Below are positions 1 to 9,604 of a stretch of DNA of 64,000 nucleotides, in pieces (position 1 is the stretch's first letter; the number at the start of each line of letters is the position of its first letter). The translations under genes and the position numbers were made by a program. This DNA is from Mayamaea pseudoterrestris (taxonomy: Eukaryota), in NCBI GenBank assembly GCA_027923505.1, contig BROI01000009.1, positions 806,001 to 870,000 on the forward strand, given 5' to 3'. The notes under the pieces were generated by a model. It saw only the letters and a program-made list of their open reading frames with translations, was not told the DNA's origin and searched no databases.

Positions 1-159
1 GCGCTGCCAACTGACGACTTGAACAAGATGCTTGATATTCAAAGCAGCATATATCATCGGAACGTTAAAGACCTGAAAGCCTGATGATATTTCTATTCTA
101 GGAAAGAGCACAGTGAAGGCAGCCATGATTTGACTTCTGCGGCCGGCGCCGAGGACCAT
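1..159 (-). CDS. 5' part of DUF3605/GIG1-like gene (runs off the window start)
   Basis: Near-identical to 33179-33337, the 5' end of the complete copy. Confidence 0.55.
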   Translation of the reverse strand, partial: MVLGAGRRSQIMAAFTVLFPRIEISSGFQVFNVPMIYAALNIKHLVQVVSWQR

Positions 160-451
160 GTTGATGGATGTCCCTGCAGATGGTACGTGATACGTCACCG
201 GGAGAACTAGCTCCTATTAGGGATGCCTTGTAGCGTTGTTTGTTTAAATTCCTTGCAAGATACTGTAGTTGCGTGCCGTGAAGGACGGAAGTGCCTGCAC
301 ATGCAAGATTTGCGACGCGACGGAAAATGATCACCTGTCGGAGCGCAACTGAATCTGTCATAGCGGTAATCAGTCATTCGCGGCCCGCGCCGCTGCGCGC
401 GATTTTGTCAATCCAAAAAAAAACGATCATCCGACATCCGACGGCGCAACC

Positions 452-1816
452 ATGGTGCAGGTCCATCGCCTCGCGACGCCCCGCAGTCGCACCAAGCCTC
501 ATCTTGTATTGAATGGAACCAAAATACTTTGTGGCGTGATCGTTCTGATTTGCGTCATTCTCTTCATCGAAACGTCAACAAGCACGACGAGTCGACCTGA
601 TGCTGCAGCTCGATCGTCCTTACTGCAGCTTCGCACGAAGAACGCCGATGACGTCTCGCAAAAGAAGGGATTAGCTACAGTTGCTTTTGCTGTAAGCATT
701 ACCGGATGTGGTTCTGATCCGATCACGGAAGGAGCTGCAGTATTAATGCACTCCATTCATCGAGCATCAGTGCTCGGATCGCTTGGCGGAAAGTACGACT
801 ACGACTTGTTTGCCATTTACCACCCGCAGGCTGCAGAATGTGCAAAGCCACTACAGAAGCTTGGGTGGAAATTGCTTGAAAGAGATGTTTTTGTAAAGGT
901 TAGCGACATTAAAGGAGACTATCTGCGCGAAAAGATTGAATCAAATGGATGCTGTGGAGAAAAGGAACTGATCAAGCTTGAAGCGTATACGCTCACCGAC
1001 TATCCCATTGTCGTACACCTTGATCTTGATGTATTGGTATTAAAGCCCATGGATGACGTCTTTGACATGATGCTGGCGACAGAGCCAGTCGATGCGGCCC
1101 AATACTCGGACGTTTTGATGCAGTATCCACCGCAAACAACGCCTGCTCGCATCAACGCCTTCTTCACCTACGACTACAATATGGTCAGTCCTCACACGGT
1201 GCATAAACCAGTACAAGGAGGTCTGATCATTCTTCGTCCCGATTTGCACGTTTACGAGGAATTTCGGCAGATTGTTTTGGAAGGTGACTTTCGCTCGAGC
1301 CAAGGCTCAAACGGCTCTGGATGGGGCGGCAAAGTTGGGCCGTTTCACGGATCCATGACTTTTCAAGGCATTGTTCCATACTACTACAATGTTTTGCACG
1401 AGGGAAAGGAATCACTAGTTTTGAATCGCTGCGTCTACAACCAAATGTGTGACAATCCACGCGACCGTCCGACTAAAAACGATATCGTTTCCGGAACATG
1501 TCGAACGGGAGAAGCAGAATGCGAGGATTGTCGGTCTCGGCCGCTCGAGGACGTAGTGACGACGCATTTTACACTCTGCCAAAAGCCATGGTGGTGTCTT
1601 CCCCATACACAGGATGCGATACAGCACCGACTCTGTCAGAAGCTGACACGCGAATGGTATCGGGTGCGTTCTGAAATGGAACAGTCATGGGGTCGGTCTG
1701 GTCAAGGTGCAGGCAACTATATGCAGGATATTTTCTTTGGATATTGCCAGCACAGTGGCCACCAAGGGTACACACCTATTGGCGAACCATATGGAGCTGT
1801 CAGCAGCAAATTGTAA
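452..1816 (+). CDS. GT8-like (GT-A fold) glycosyltransferase, type II membrane protein, paralog 1, copy A
   Basis: 454-aa ORF with an N-terminal TM helix, ELIKLEAYTLTDYPIVVHLDLD (DxD) and HFTLCQKPW. Confidence 0.8.
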   Translation: MVQVHRLATPRSRTKPHLVLNGTKILCGVIVLICVILFIETSTSTTSRPDAAARSSLLQLRTKNADDVSQKKGLATVAFAVSITGCGSDPITEGAAVLMHSIHRASVLGSLGGKYDYDLFAIYHPQAAECAKPLQKLGWKLLERDVFVKVSDIKGDYLREKIESNGCCGEKELIKLEAYTLTDYPIVVHLDLDVLVLKPMDDVFDMMLATEPVDAAQYSDVLMQYPPQTTPARINAFFTYDYNMVSPHTVHKPVQGGLIILRPDLHVYEEFRQIVLEGDFRSSQGSNGSGWGGKVGPFHGSMTFQGIVPYYYNVLHEGKESLVLNRCVYNQMCDNPRDRPTKNDIVSGTCRTGEAECEDCRSRPLEDVVTTHFTLCQKPWWCLPHTQDAIQHRLCQKLTREWYRVRSEMEQSWGRSGQGAGNYMQDIFFGYCQHSGHQGYTPIGEPYGAVSSKL

Positions 1817-2284
1817 TTGATGGTATTGCAACACTTGTTATACGCGAGCCAGGCAGAAACGGCGCCGATGAAGCACAACCTAAAGCATCCAACGTGTTTT
1901 CGCACTGCTTAAAGGTGCTTAATGACCGTCGACTACGACCAGACATTTGAGCCCTGTCTCGTTTCAGTTGCCATTTGGAAATAATATCCACGGCGACTGC
2001 CCGTGCTGCACGTGAGACTTCATTTAAGTATTGAAGCGTTTATTTTAACAAGTAGACTTTGCGCAAAAGAACCTCTATTTTCAATTCGCAAAGAGTTGTA
2101 TTATTCAAACAGACGAATACCAGCTGCACACTTTGGTAAACAGATCAACTACCGGTACCGGTAGTAGCGTAAACAAGGTTAGTCGCAGCGCAACTCATTG
2201 TGACATGCGACTTTTCCGTCGGCGACCTACAATTACAACGATGAAATTGTGGATGAACTTATCATCGGCCCCAAGTCCGACGCC

Positions 2285-3676
2285 ATGAGTTCAGCTCAGC
2301 GCACTCGGATTTTTGGATCAACAATGAACAGATATACAACATATCTGGCTGTATTCATTATTTTGCTCTTGGTTGCCGTTGTCTTCACCATCGAATCGAA
2401 CCAAAAGCTTTTGATGCCTGCGCAGATCGATGATGTGTCGCTGATTTTTGCCGGCGATCTTACAACGCAAAAGCTCGCTTCGAGACCTATAAAGGTCGCG
2501 TACGCAGTATCAATCACGTCGTGCAACTCGGGACCATATGCGACTTCCTTAGCAGATGCGGCAGCCGTCTTAAAGCATTCGATCCATCGCGCATCAATTC
2601 ACGGAACACTCGGCGGTCGCTACGACCACGACAGCTTTGTCATCTCTTATCCTGGTGCAAAAGAATGCTCAGCTGCTTTGGAAGATTTTGGATGGAAAGT
2701 GATAGAGCGACCAATCTTGGTCAACGTAAGCGAAATTCGAGGCAACCACATGCGAGAGAATGTCGACAACACGGGGTGCTGCGGCTCAAAGGAGTTTATA
2801 AAACTTGAGGCATATACAATGACTGATTACCCAATAGTTGTACATCTGGACCTTGACACTTTGGTTCTGAAACCAATGGATGACCTATTCGACGTGATGC
2901 TGAACACGTCGCCAACTATCGGCGCTGATCATTACAAAAACTTTATCATGCAGCATAGCAACAAGAATCAAACGACAATTCCCGATCGCGTCAATGCTTT
3001 TTTCACTTACGACTACAACATGGTTACGTCAAGTACTGTATATAAACCCGTACAAGGGGGCTTGATTGTTGTGAGGCCTGATCTCAATGTGTATGAAGCG
3101 TTTCGCCAAATTGTACTTGAAGGGGATTTCCGCAGTGGAGAAGAGCGAAATGGCATTGGTTGGGGCGGAAAGGTTGGACCATTTTATGGCGGCATGACCT
3201 TTCAAGGCATAATTCCCTACTATTACGATGTTCTTCACCCTGGGCAGGCTCTTGAACTAAATCGATGCGTCTACAACCAAATGTGCGACAATCCCCGGGA
3301 GCCGGTTGCAGAAAACAGCACCATACCAGGGAAATGCTTAACGAATGAAACCGAATGCGAAGACTGTCGCGCTCGTCCCGTAAATGAGATTGTAACGGCT
3401 CATTACACCATTTGTCAAAAACCCTGGTCATGTCATGCCCATGCCGAGGAATCCATTGGACATCAGCTTTGCCGTAATCTTATGCGTGAATGGTTTCGCG
3501 TACGCTCTGAAATGGAGATTTCTTGGGGCCGCAAGGGACTGGGAGCGGGTAGTTACGAACCAGACATTTTCTTTGGGTTCTGTCGCGGGCATGGCGACTT
3601 TAGTTACCTTCCGATTCAGCAGCCGTTTGGTCGACCTTTGGCCATCAACTCAGATGGCCATAACACAACTTTATAG
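2285..3676 (+). CDS. GT8-like glycosyltransferase, paralog 2, copy A
   Basis: First ATG gives MSSAQR. TM anchor, EFIKLEAY...VVHLDLD and HYTICQKPW. Tandem paralog of 452-1816. Confidence 0.8.
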   Translation: MSSAQRTRIFGSTMNRYTTYLAVFIILLLVAVVFTIESNQKLLMPAQIDDVSLIFAGDLTTQKLASRPIKVAYAVSITSCNSGPYATSLADAAAVLKHSIHRASIHGTLGGRYDHDSFVISYPGAKECSAALEDFGWKVIERPILVNVSEIRGNHMRENVDNTGCCGSKEFIKLEAYTMTDYPIVVHLDLDTLVLKPMDDLFDVMLNTSPTIGADHYKNFIMQHSNKNQTTIPDRVNAFFTYDYNMVTSSTVYKPVQGGLIVVRPDLNVYEAFRQIVLEGDFRSGEERNGIGWGGKVGPFYGGMTFQGIIPYYYDVLHPGQALELNRCVYNQMCDNPREPVAENSTIPGKCLTNETECEDCRARPVNEIVTAHYTICQKPWSCHAHAEESIGHQLCRNLMREWFRVRSEMEISWGRKGLGAGSYEPDIFFGFCRGHGDFSYLPIQQPFGRPLAINSDGHNTTL

Positions 3677-4499
3677 ATATCATATTAACGTGCTGCCACT
3701 GTTAGGCATACTATAATTGCAAGAATTTCGTCGCCAAGTAGATGAACCCCGCACGTAAGAAGGTTACAACTGCATTTTTCCTGTCGCAACACTTTATCGC
3801 ATCGGTTACTATGTAATTCCGACCGAAGGGAGATGCTAGCTTCAGAGTTTAAAAAGGTCTCGACACTCTTTGAATTTACTCTGACTAATTTGTTTTTAAG
3901 GAGGAGCAAATACGCGAGTGCTTGGCAATCACTCTAACCTTGCATGCCACTTTAGTATTACCTAGCTAGCTTCCTCGTGCTCAAAGAAACAATTGGTGCA
4001 ATTGGAAGCGAAATCTGTGCCATCCATACTACGGTAGATAGGGACACCTTACTGTACTGTAATTGTCGGTATTTTACTATCCTGCATTACTTTCTTGTCT
4101 ACCGGTAGTACGAGAGAATAGCAAATTTTGTTAGCAGTGCCGGTAGGTCATGAATCATCAGCCCCGGGCATGATGCGTATCATAGCTCCCGTGTCTCTTT
4201 CCTTCGCCTCCATTGTTCTTTAGCTTCTCATTTTACTGCCTCACTGTTGCAAGTTGGAGGGTGGTCGACGGAGTGACATATATGATACCGGTATTAGGTA
4301 CATGTGTAGGTCAAGCTGAGTAGATTCGAACGCTATACCGACACTTACTTCAACAACATCGTCACTTTCTATCAACGTCATTTTTCAGCTTCAAGATGAC
4401 CCTGCCTTCGTAAAAAGTGCAAGCAGAATGTCCCCAATCATCGCTTTACAATAGCCTGCAGGGGTACGTCAGCCTTGCGAATTGTGTCCGCATTAAGTG

Positions 4500-4731
4500 C
4501 AATCAGCGTGGGCGCTGATTGCCCTCTGTCGCTCGGCTGCTTCGTTCTTCCAAAGTGTTGCGCGCGTTGGCGCGCTTAGACTTGCTCGTGCCTCAGGTGG
4601 CTCGACGAGTGTAGCGAGAGTCGGGTCGCATGGTCTGAGGAACACGGAGTGGACTCCGGGTTCCCAGAGCAGGAGACACGTCATGGATGACGCCTGAGGA
4701 GAATCCTGTCTTGCAGGATTCGCCACAACCC
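4500..4731 (-). repeat. Split direct repeat B2 (3' terminus of the element)
   Basis: Direct repeat of 4975-5205 with only a few differences. Confidence 0.92.
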
Positions 4732-4746
4732 GGGTGGGTGGGCGGG

Positions 4747-4974
4747 AACAAAAACGGAGATGCTATTGCTAACAAGGGTGCAAGAGCTGATCCGAAAGGA
4801 ATGGCTTGCCGCTGAAAGCCGATGGCTTGGAGGGATGTCCAAGTGTCGCAGCAGCAGTCTCAATGTCCTAGCGGCAATCTCAATGTCATCCAAACTGTGT
4901 CTGCTACTGTACCCGTAGGTTTCCTACGGGTAGTCCCTAGGGCGGGCTCCTCTGTGCATCCGCTCTAAGCCGGA
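4747..4974 (-). repeat. Split direct repeat A2 (internal)
   Basis: Matches 13062-13233 apart from a 56-nt insert at 4790-4845. Confidence 0.92.
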
Positions 4975-5205
4975 CAATCAGCGTGGGCGCTGATTGCCCT
5001 CCGTCGCTCGGCTGCTTCGTTCTTCCAACGTGTTGCGCGCGTTGGCGCGCTTAGACTTGCTCGTGCCTCAGGTGGCTCGAAAGTGTAGCGAGAGTCGGGT
5101 CGCATGGTCTGAGGAACACGGAGTGGACTCCGGGTTCCCAGAGCAGGAGACACGTCATGGATGACGCCTGAGGAGAATCCTGTCTTGCAGGATTCGCCAC
5201 AACCC
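4975..5205 (-). repeat. Split direct repeat B1 (internal)
   Basis: Direct repeat of 4500-4731. It abuts A2, so the junction ccgga|caatca reproduces the joined element ends. Confidence 0.92.
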
Positions 5206-5476
5206 ACACGACTCAGCGAGCAAGGCTGAAGGCGTCAAGCCACAACAACAGAGTGCCTGTGGCAAGAACCGCGGAAAGGAAGAAGAAGGAAGCAGGGGAA
5301 AGAAAGGAGAAAAGGTCCTGGTCAGTGCAATGTTGGGAAAGGGAGGACGTCAGGTGAGGAGCGCCAGGACGATCTGAACTCGGGGGAGTCAGTGCCCTTG
5401 GATGCAAACTTGAATTGTCCAATCCTCAAGTTCCCAATGCAAGAAAGAATGGGTAAATGAAAAGGTGTATTTTTAA

Positions 5477-6778
5477 TTATAGCATTATTGCGCCTTTAAT
5501 GGCATTGCTGGTAAGTGTACCAATTTTTTCTGAACATTCGCGTAAATAATGGTGCACCGAAGGTGGTGACCAGCGTAAGCGAAACGCTATTTCTTCAATG
5601 CTCATACCAGAGTTATTGAGTGCTACTGCAGCAGTAACGCGATTTGAATGAGCAACAATTCGTGTAATGTTGAGTCGTAGGAAGTGGTTTGGATTGGGGT
5701 AAGCGCCAATCACTGCCTGCCGCATTACCCGGATTACGTCGCGCGCTTTGAGGTAATGGTAGTCGCCATTGTTGTTGTAGCGAAAAACTCCAAGTGGTTC
5801 TGCGTATGGTGCCTTGTGAAGAATTTTGGCACGTAGAATCAGCGAAATGCTGGCCCGTATAGGGCAGATAAATTTATGGCCCGAGCGTCGAAACTTGCGA
5901 ATCGTAAAATTGTTTTGGCTTTTGTCAAACCGGAAACGAATGTGTAATTCATACGCACTTTCGCCTGCTTTATGTAACATGGAATGTGGCAAGAGAACGT
6001 TGCATTTTGTATAAAAAACAAAGTCGAGGTCCACAAAGCCTAATGGCCAACCTGCCCATTGACCAGCGTCTCTGCTGTTGGGTACTTTGCTAAAATGGCC
6101 ACGTTTGGCAGTGGACTGTGCATATTCGTTAGCGCGTGATCCTGTGAATACGCCAAGGCAAGTCCAGTCAAGAACAGAGGCTTCCAGATCCAGGTGCGCA
6201 GTTGTGTCCGTGGTTGCTGCTGCACAAACAGACTGGTAGAGGAAGTCAAACATGCGATGCGTGTATGGCTCGCGTTTTTCCTTGGTTGTTTGCCATTTCC
6301 GACGACTGTCCAGAATATCAGCCAGTAAGGGATGGTGGCCCGAGCCGCGAGGATCTTGGATCGAAAATCTGCGTTGTACAAAAGTCTCCAGGAATGAATG
6401 GGCTGAGTTCAGGTAAGTTACCAATGATTTGGTGCAGAGAGGCGTGGGATCTTGTTGGGTGGCAAATTTTTGTGATTTCTTTTTAGCCAGCAGCGATTGT
6501 CCCCTTGAAACAACATCAAACATGTATGCGGCAATTACCGAGATTTCTTGCCCCGGTGCGAGCGCTGTAAGAGACTCGTCCGTAAACCCTGCGTCGATCG
6601 CCCATTCACCAAAATTTTTGGCGCGGCTGTCAAATGTTTTATCGTTTTTGGACCGTATGTCGCCTCGTTCGCGCTCCCGTCGATCACGGAGGAGATTGTC
6701 AAAAGCAAGTCGCGCTCCACTCGGTAAATGCTGCATGTTGCTAGCGCCTGCGTTTCCGGCGTGATAACGGACTCCCAC
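5477..6778 (-). CDS. Tyrosine recombinase of the retrotransposon
   Basis: Catalytic residues present: FTGSRANEY (R), FDKSQ (K), HSNR (HxxR), RWS...HY (W, Y). First ATG at 6736. Overlaps the end of the RT ORF. Confidence 0.9.
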   Translation of the reverse strand: MGVRYHAGNAGASNMQHLPSGARLAFDNLLRDRRERERGDIRSKNDKTFDSRAKNFGEWAIDAGFTDESLTALAPGQEISVIAAYMFDVVSRGQSLLAKKKSQKFATQQDPTPLCTKSLVTYLNSAHSFLETFVQRRFSIQDPRGSGHHPLLADILDSRRKWQTTKEKREPYTHRMFDFLYQSVCAAATTDTTAHLDLEASVLDWTCLGVFTGSRANEYAQSTAKRGHFSKVPNSRDAGQWAGWPLGFVDLDFVFYTKCNVLLPHSMLHKAGESAYELHIRFRFDKSQNNFTIRKFRRSGHKFICPIRASISLILRAKILHKAPYAEPLGVFRYNNNGDYHYLKARDVIRVMRQAVIGAYPNPNHFLRLNITRIVAHSNRVTAAVALNNSGMSIEEIAFRLRWSPPSVHHYLRECSEKIGTLTSNAIKGAIML

Positions 6779-9594
6779 GACTCCGTCGAGGTTTTGAAGC
6801 GAGAAAGTCGGTCCGCCTCCACATTGTTGGCTCCCGGCAAGTGACGTCCCTGGATGCAGAAAGTGAGACAGCTGTAAGTGGTGATGGCCTGTAAGAATCG
6901 TGCCAGCCTACGAATTTCAGGATCCCGGCTGCGCGCAGCGTGACGCATCCAGGAAAGGGCCGAAGTATTGTCGGCCAAGACGCTAATGACATGTTGGTTG
7001 TGTTTGGTTTGTGGATTTGCCATTAAAGCACTCAGCGTGAGAATCACATTTATTATAATGGCAATGAACTCCAGAATGTTGATATGGAGGGGATCACCAG
7101 TGGTGTGATGTGCCAATTCATGGAATGCTCGCATTGGAATGTTACAACTGAGCAGGTCCGATGCGTTGAGGCACCACATAAACAAGAGCTCAATATTCCA
7201 GCCTCCAACGCCAGACATGCTCGCATCACTTTTCATGGTGTTTGTTGGTACCCTTGGAATGAGCAGACCAATTGGCTTGCGCCATACGTGTGACCATTTG
7301 TCCGTGTTTAAAGTTGGACGTAAAATGCGCAAGTCGGCCAGTGCCTCCTTTGATATAGCAATCCTTGTTTTGCTCCACCATTGACGGCGAGCATAGTTCG
7401 CATTGGGGCTGGAGCGAAATGCTGCGTCGGCTTTACTTGCTGCGTCAGTGAGAGACTGCTGTAGGCGGATGGAAAGGAAATCGGCGAGATCACTGACTAA
7501 AGTTCCATGGCATATTAAACCCAATATTTCTGCCTTTTCCACTGGCGTGACTGTAATGTAATCAGGCCGAAAACCGGTTGGTTTGTCACTGAGGCGATCA
7601 ATGAGAGATGCCAAGCGTGCCTGTTTGTCCGCAGGCCAGGACAATTCCATACGGCGCGAATCCCAATCAAGACCCAAGTAGAGCAGTTTGTGTGAAATTT
7701 CCATTTTCCATTTGCGTGGGTTGATACATAAAGCGCGTCGCGCTGGAGTTGGTTCACCAAAAACAATGCGAGCCGCAATGACGCTTCTGGTAATTGCGTT
7801 CAAAATCGTGCCGCGTGTCGCCGCGACGGCTTGATCGTCGACAAAGCTGGAAAAGCCAAATCTATAGTCGCGTCCAAGTATTGAGCGAACACCCGTGTTC
7901 TTTGAGTCTGCCGTTGACTGTTGAAATGTTGCAATGGTCTCGTTGGTGGGCTCGTCGCTTAGCACTATTGTGTTTGACAGGTCGGTGGTGGCCTCGCCAA
8001 TATCAAGGAGCGCAGCAATCTGGCTGCGTAGTTCACCAAGTATCATGTAGTATCCTGGTGAATTTCGTGCGCCAAAAATTAGCCCCACCGGGACGACAAG
8101 AAATGGACCAAGGACGGATGCAAAAGCCACAGCAATGTCTGGGTGGTAGTGCAGCCAGCGGAACGCAGCTGATATGTCATCAGCAGCCAGAAAAATCTCA
8201 TCGTCCGGATTATCGAGGCGCATGTTATAAATTAGCTGGAGATAGCGGCGCAGCACAGTGCCGTAATACACTCTTGGATTGAACTGGTCACTGTCTGGGT
8301 GGAGAGAGTCTGGAATTTGCTTGTTGATCATGCCTTCGTCTGTTGTTGTAATTGGATTTGATGGATCGCATACAATCCGCCCTTCGTCACCAAGACGGCC
8401 CACTTTTGGAGGGATGTAGGAGATAATGGCAAGGAACAAGCCTGGGATAAACTTCCATAGAAAGCGAGGAAACATTATGTGGTATGACATTTTTTCTTCC
8501 TTGCGGAATTTGTCCGTTACGTCGTCCCAGCACTCGTCCAAACGACGGTTGTCAAGCTGTTCTCGTGCACGAACATCCTCAAATTTGCCAACAAAGTTGC
8601 TTTTACCTGGAACGCCTTCATGAATAATGCGTATTGCTTCATCCAATTTCACCGGTGGATAATCCGGTGGGCGCGAGGCAGTGCGTAGCGTTTCCACGAC
8701 ATCACAGAGTAGCGAGCGATCTTGGTGCTGGTAGGTGTATTCACCACCAAGCCAGCGCAGTAAGTCACCATAGTTAACGTCAAAGCGTAGAAGGGCTGCA
8801 CCCATGTCATTTGCTCGAGTCATGCTGATAGGTGAATCGTCGTCCGCCGGAAACAGGCGTGGCACACGTAGGTGTGGGACGGCTCGTGCTGTTGCACGCT
8901 GGCGCAGAAGTGCATATTTTTCCCAACAAGGTTCAACAGCAGCCATTGTTTGGCGATCTGAGACTGTAAGCCACTGCCATACAAGGTGTAAGGCCATGTG
9001 GTGCGATGGCTGTGCGTGTCGCGTCGAAATATCAGGAGTCGCTTTGCCCCAACCAAATTTTCGTCGAAGCCAAATGCGTGGATCAGGATGCATGACGGTT
9101 GTTGAACCAAAGACTGGATGTAAGAAATCAGGATATGCAGACTGTAGGGTTGCTGATTCAGTGTCCGTTAAAAATTGCCAAACTGGGGCCATGATGGTTG
9201 CCAGAAAGTGATCCCAATTGTATCGCGTCACAGAAGAGGCGCGAGTTGGTTTGCGATGTGTGCATCGGAGGAGTCGAACTGGCCGCGCACCAGTTGTTGG
9301 AATGTGTGGCAGAATGTTGCGCAGGGATTGGTTGCAAATGGATACGGAGGCTGGAGTCGACGGTGGGACCGTGTGCCTCATCTCCACGAGAGTGTTTGCT
9401 GTTTCAATCCGCGGGTGATGGCAATTGTGTCGTCTCAGCGTTGTTGCAGCAGTCCAGTTCAATGTTAATTTGTGTGATTTTTCTATAGTTGTTATGTAAA
9501 AAGGCACAATTGGGATAAGTTGAGCTTGGCCCATCCTGTGCTGCTTGTGCGCCCGCCGGCGTCGCCGACAATGTGTCGAGATCGAGTGTTTCAC
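6535..9594 (-). CDS. Reverse transcriptase-RNase H of the retrotransposon
   Basis: RT motifs DDISAAF, LIFGARNSP, FVDD, YLG. DIRS-type RNase H motifs SDAS, HINILE, ADN, HLPGANNVEADRLSR. No methyltransferase domain evident. Start codon uncertain. Confidence 0.92.
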   Translation of the reverse strand: MKHSISTHCRRRRRAHKQHRMGQAQLIPIVPFYITTIEKSHKLTLNWTAATTLRRHNCHHPRIETANTLVEMRHTVPPSTPASVSICNQSLRNILPHIPTTGARPVRLLRCTHRKPTRASSVTRYNWDHFLATIMAPVWQFLTDTESATLQSAYPDFLHPVFGSTTVMHPDPRIWLRRKFGWGKATPDISTRHAQPSHHMALHLVWQWLTVSDRQTMAAVEPCWEKYALLRQRATARAVPHLRVPRLFPADDDSPISMTRANDMGAALLRFDVNYGDLLRWLGGEYTYQHQDRSLLCDVVETLRTASRPPDYPPVKLDEAIRIIHEGVPGKSNFVGKFEDVRAREQLDNRRLDECWDDVTDKFRKEEKMSYHIMFPRFLWKFIPGLFLAIISYIPPKVGRLGDEGRIVCDPSNPITTTDEGMINKQIPDSLHPDSDQFNPRVYYGTVLRRYLQLIYNMRLDNPDDEIFLAADDISAAFRWLHYHPDIAVAFASVLGPFLVVPVGLIFGARNSPGYYMILGELRSQIAALLDIGEATTDLSNTIVLSDEPTNETIATFQQSTADSKNTGVRSILGRDYRFGFSSFVDDQAVAATRGTILNAITRSVIAARIVFGEPTPARRALCINPRKWKMEISHKLLYLGLDWDSRRMELSWPADKQARLASLIDRLSDKPTGFRPDYITVTPVEKAEILGLICHGTLVSDLADFLSIRLQQSLTDAASKADAAFRSSPNANYARRQWWSKTRIAISKEALADLRILRPTLNTDKWSHVWRKPIGLLIPRVPTNTMKSDASMSGVGGWNIELLFMWCLNASDLLSCNIPMRAFHELAHHTTGDPLHINILEFIAIIINVILTLSALMANPQTKHNQHVISVLADNTSALSWMRHAARSRDPEIRRLARFLQAITTYSCLTFCIQGRHLPGANNVEADRLSRFKTSTESWESVITPETQALATCSIYRVERDLLLTISSVIDGSANEATYGPKTIKHLTAAPKILVNGRSTQGLRTSLLQRSHRGKKSR

Positions 9595-9604
9595 CTTGGT
9601 GGAG

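Noticed and set aside
4670..4731. Hammerhead-like CTGAGGA followed by a stem in repeat B
   Set aside because: The stem is followed by GCCAC instead of the required GAAA, there is no NUH site, and it is antisense to the element mRNA.
4790..4845. 56-nt A2 insert as a spliceosomal intron
   Set aside because: No GT-AG or GC-AG ends in any register on either strand.
4500..5205. B repeats read as LTRs or a CRISPR-like array
   Set aside because: Only two copies in a split-repeat layout with A. No TG..CA ends and no spacers.
5477..9594. Prokaryotic retron, DGR or phage integrase interpretation of RT plus YR
   Set aside because: Eukaryotic context, DIRS-type RNase H and split repeats. No msr-msd or TR/VR pair seen.
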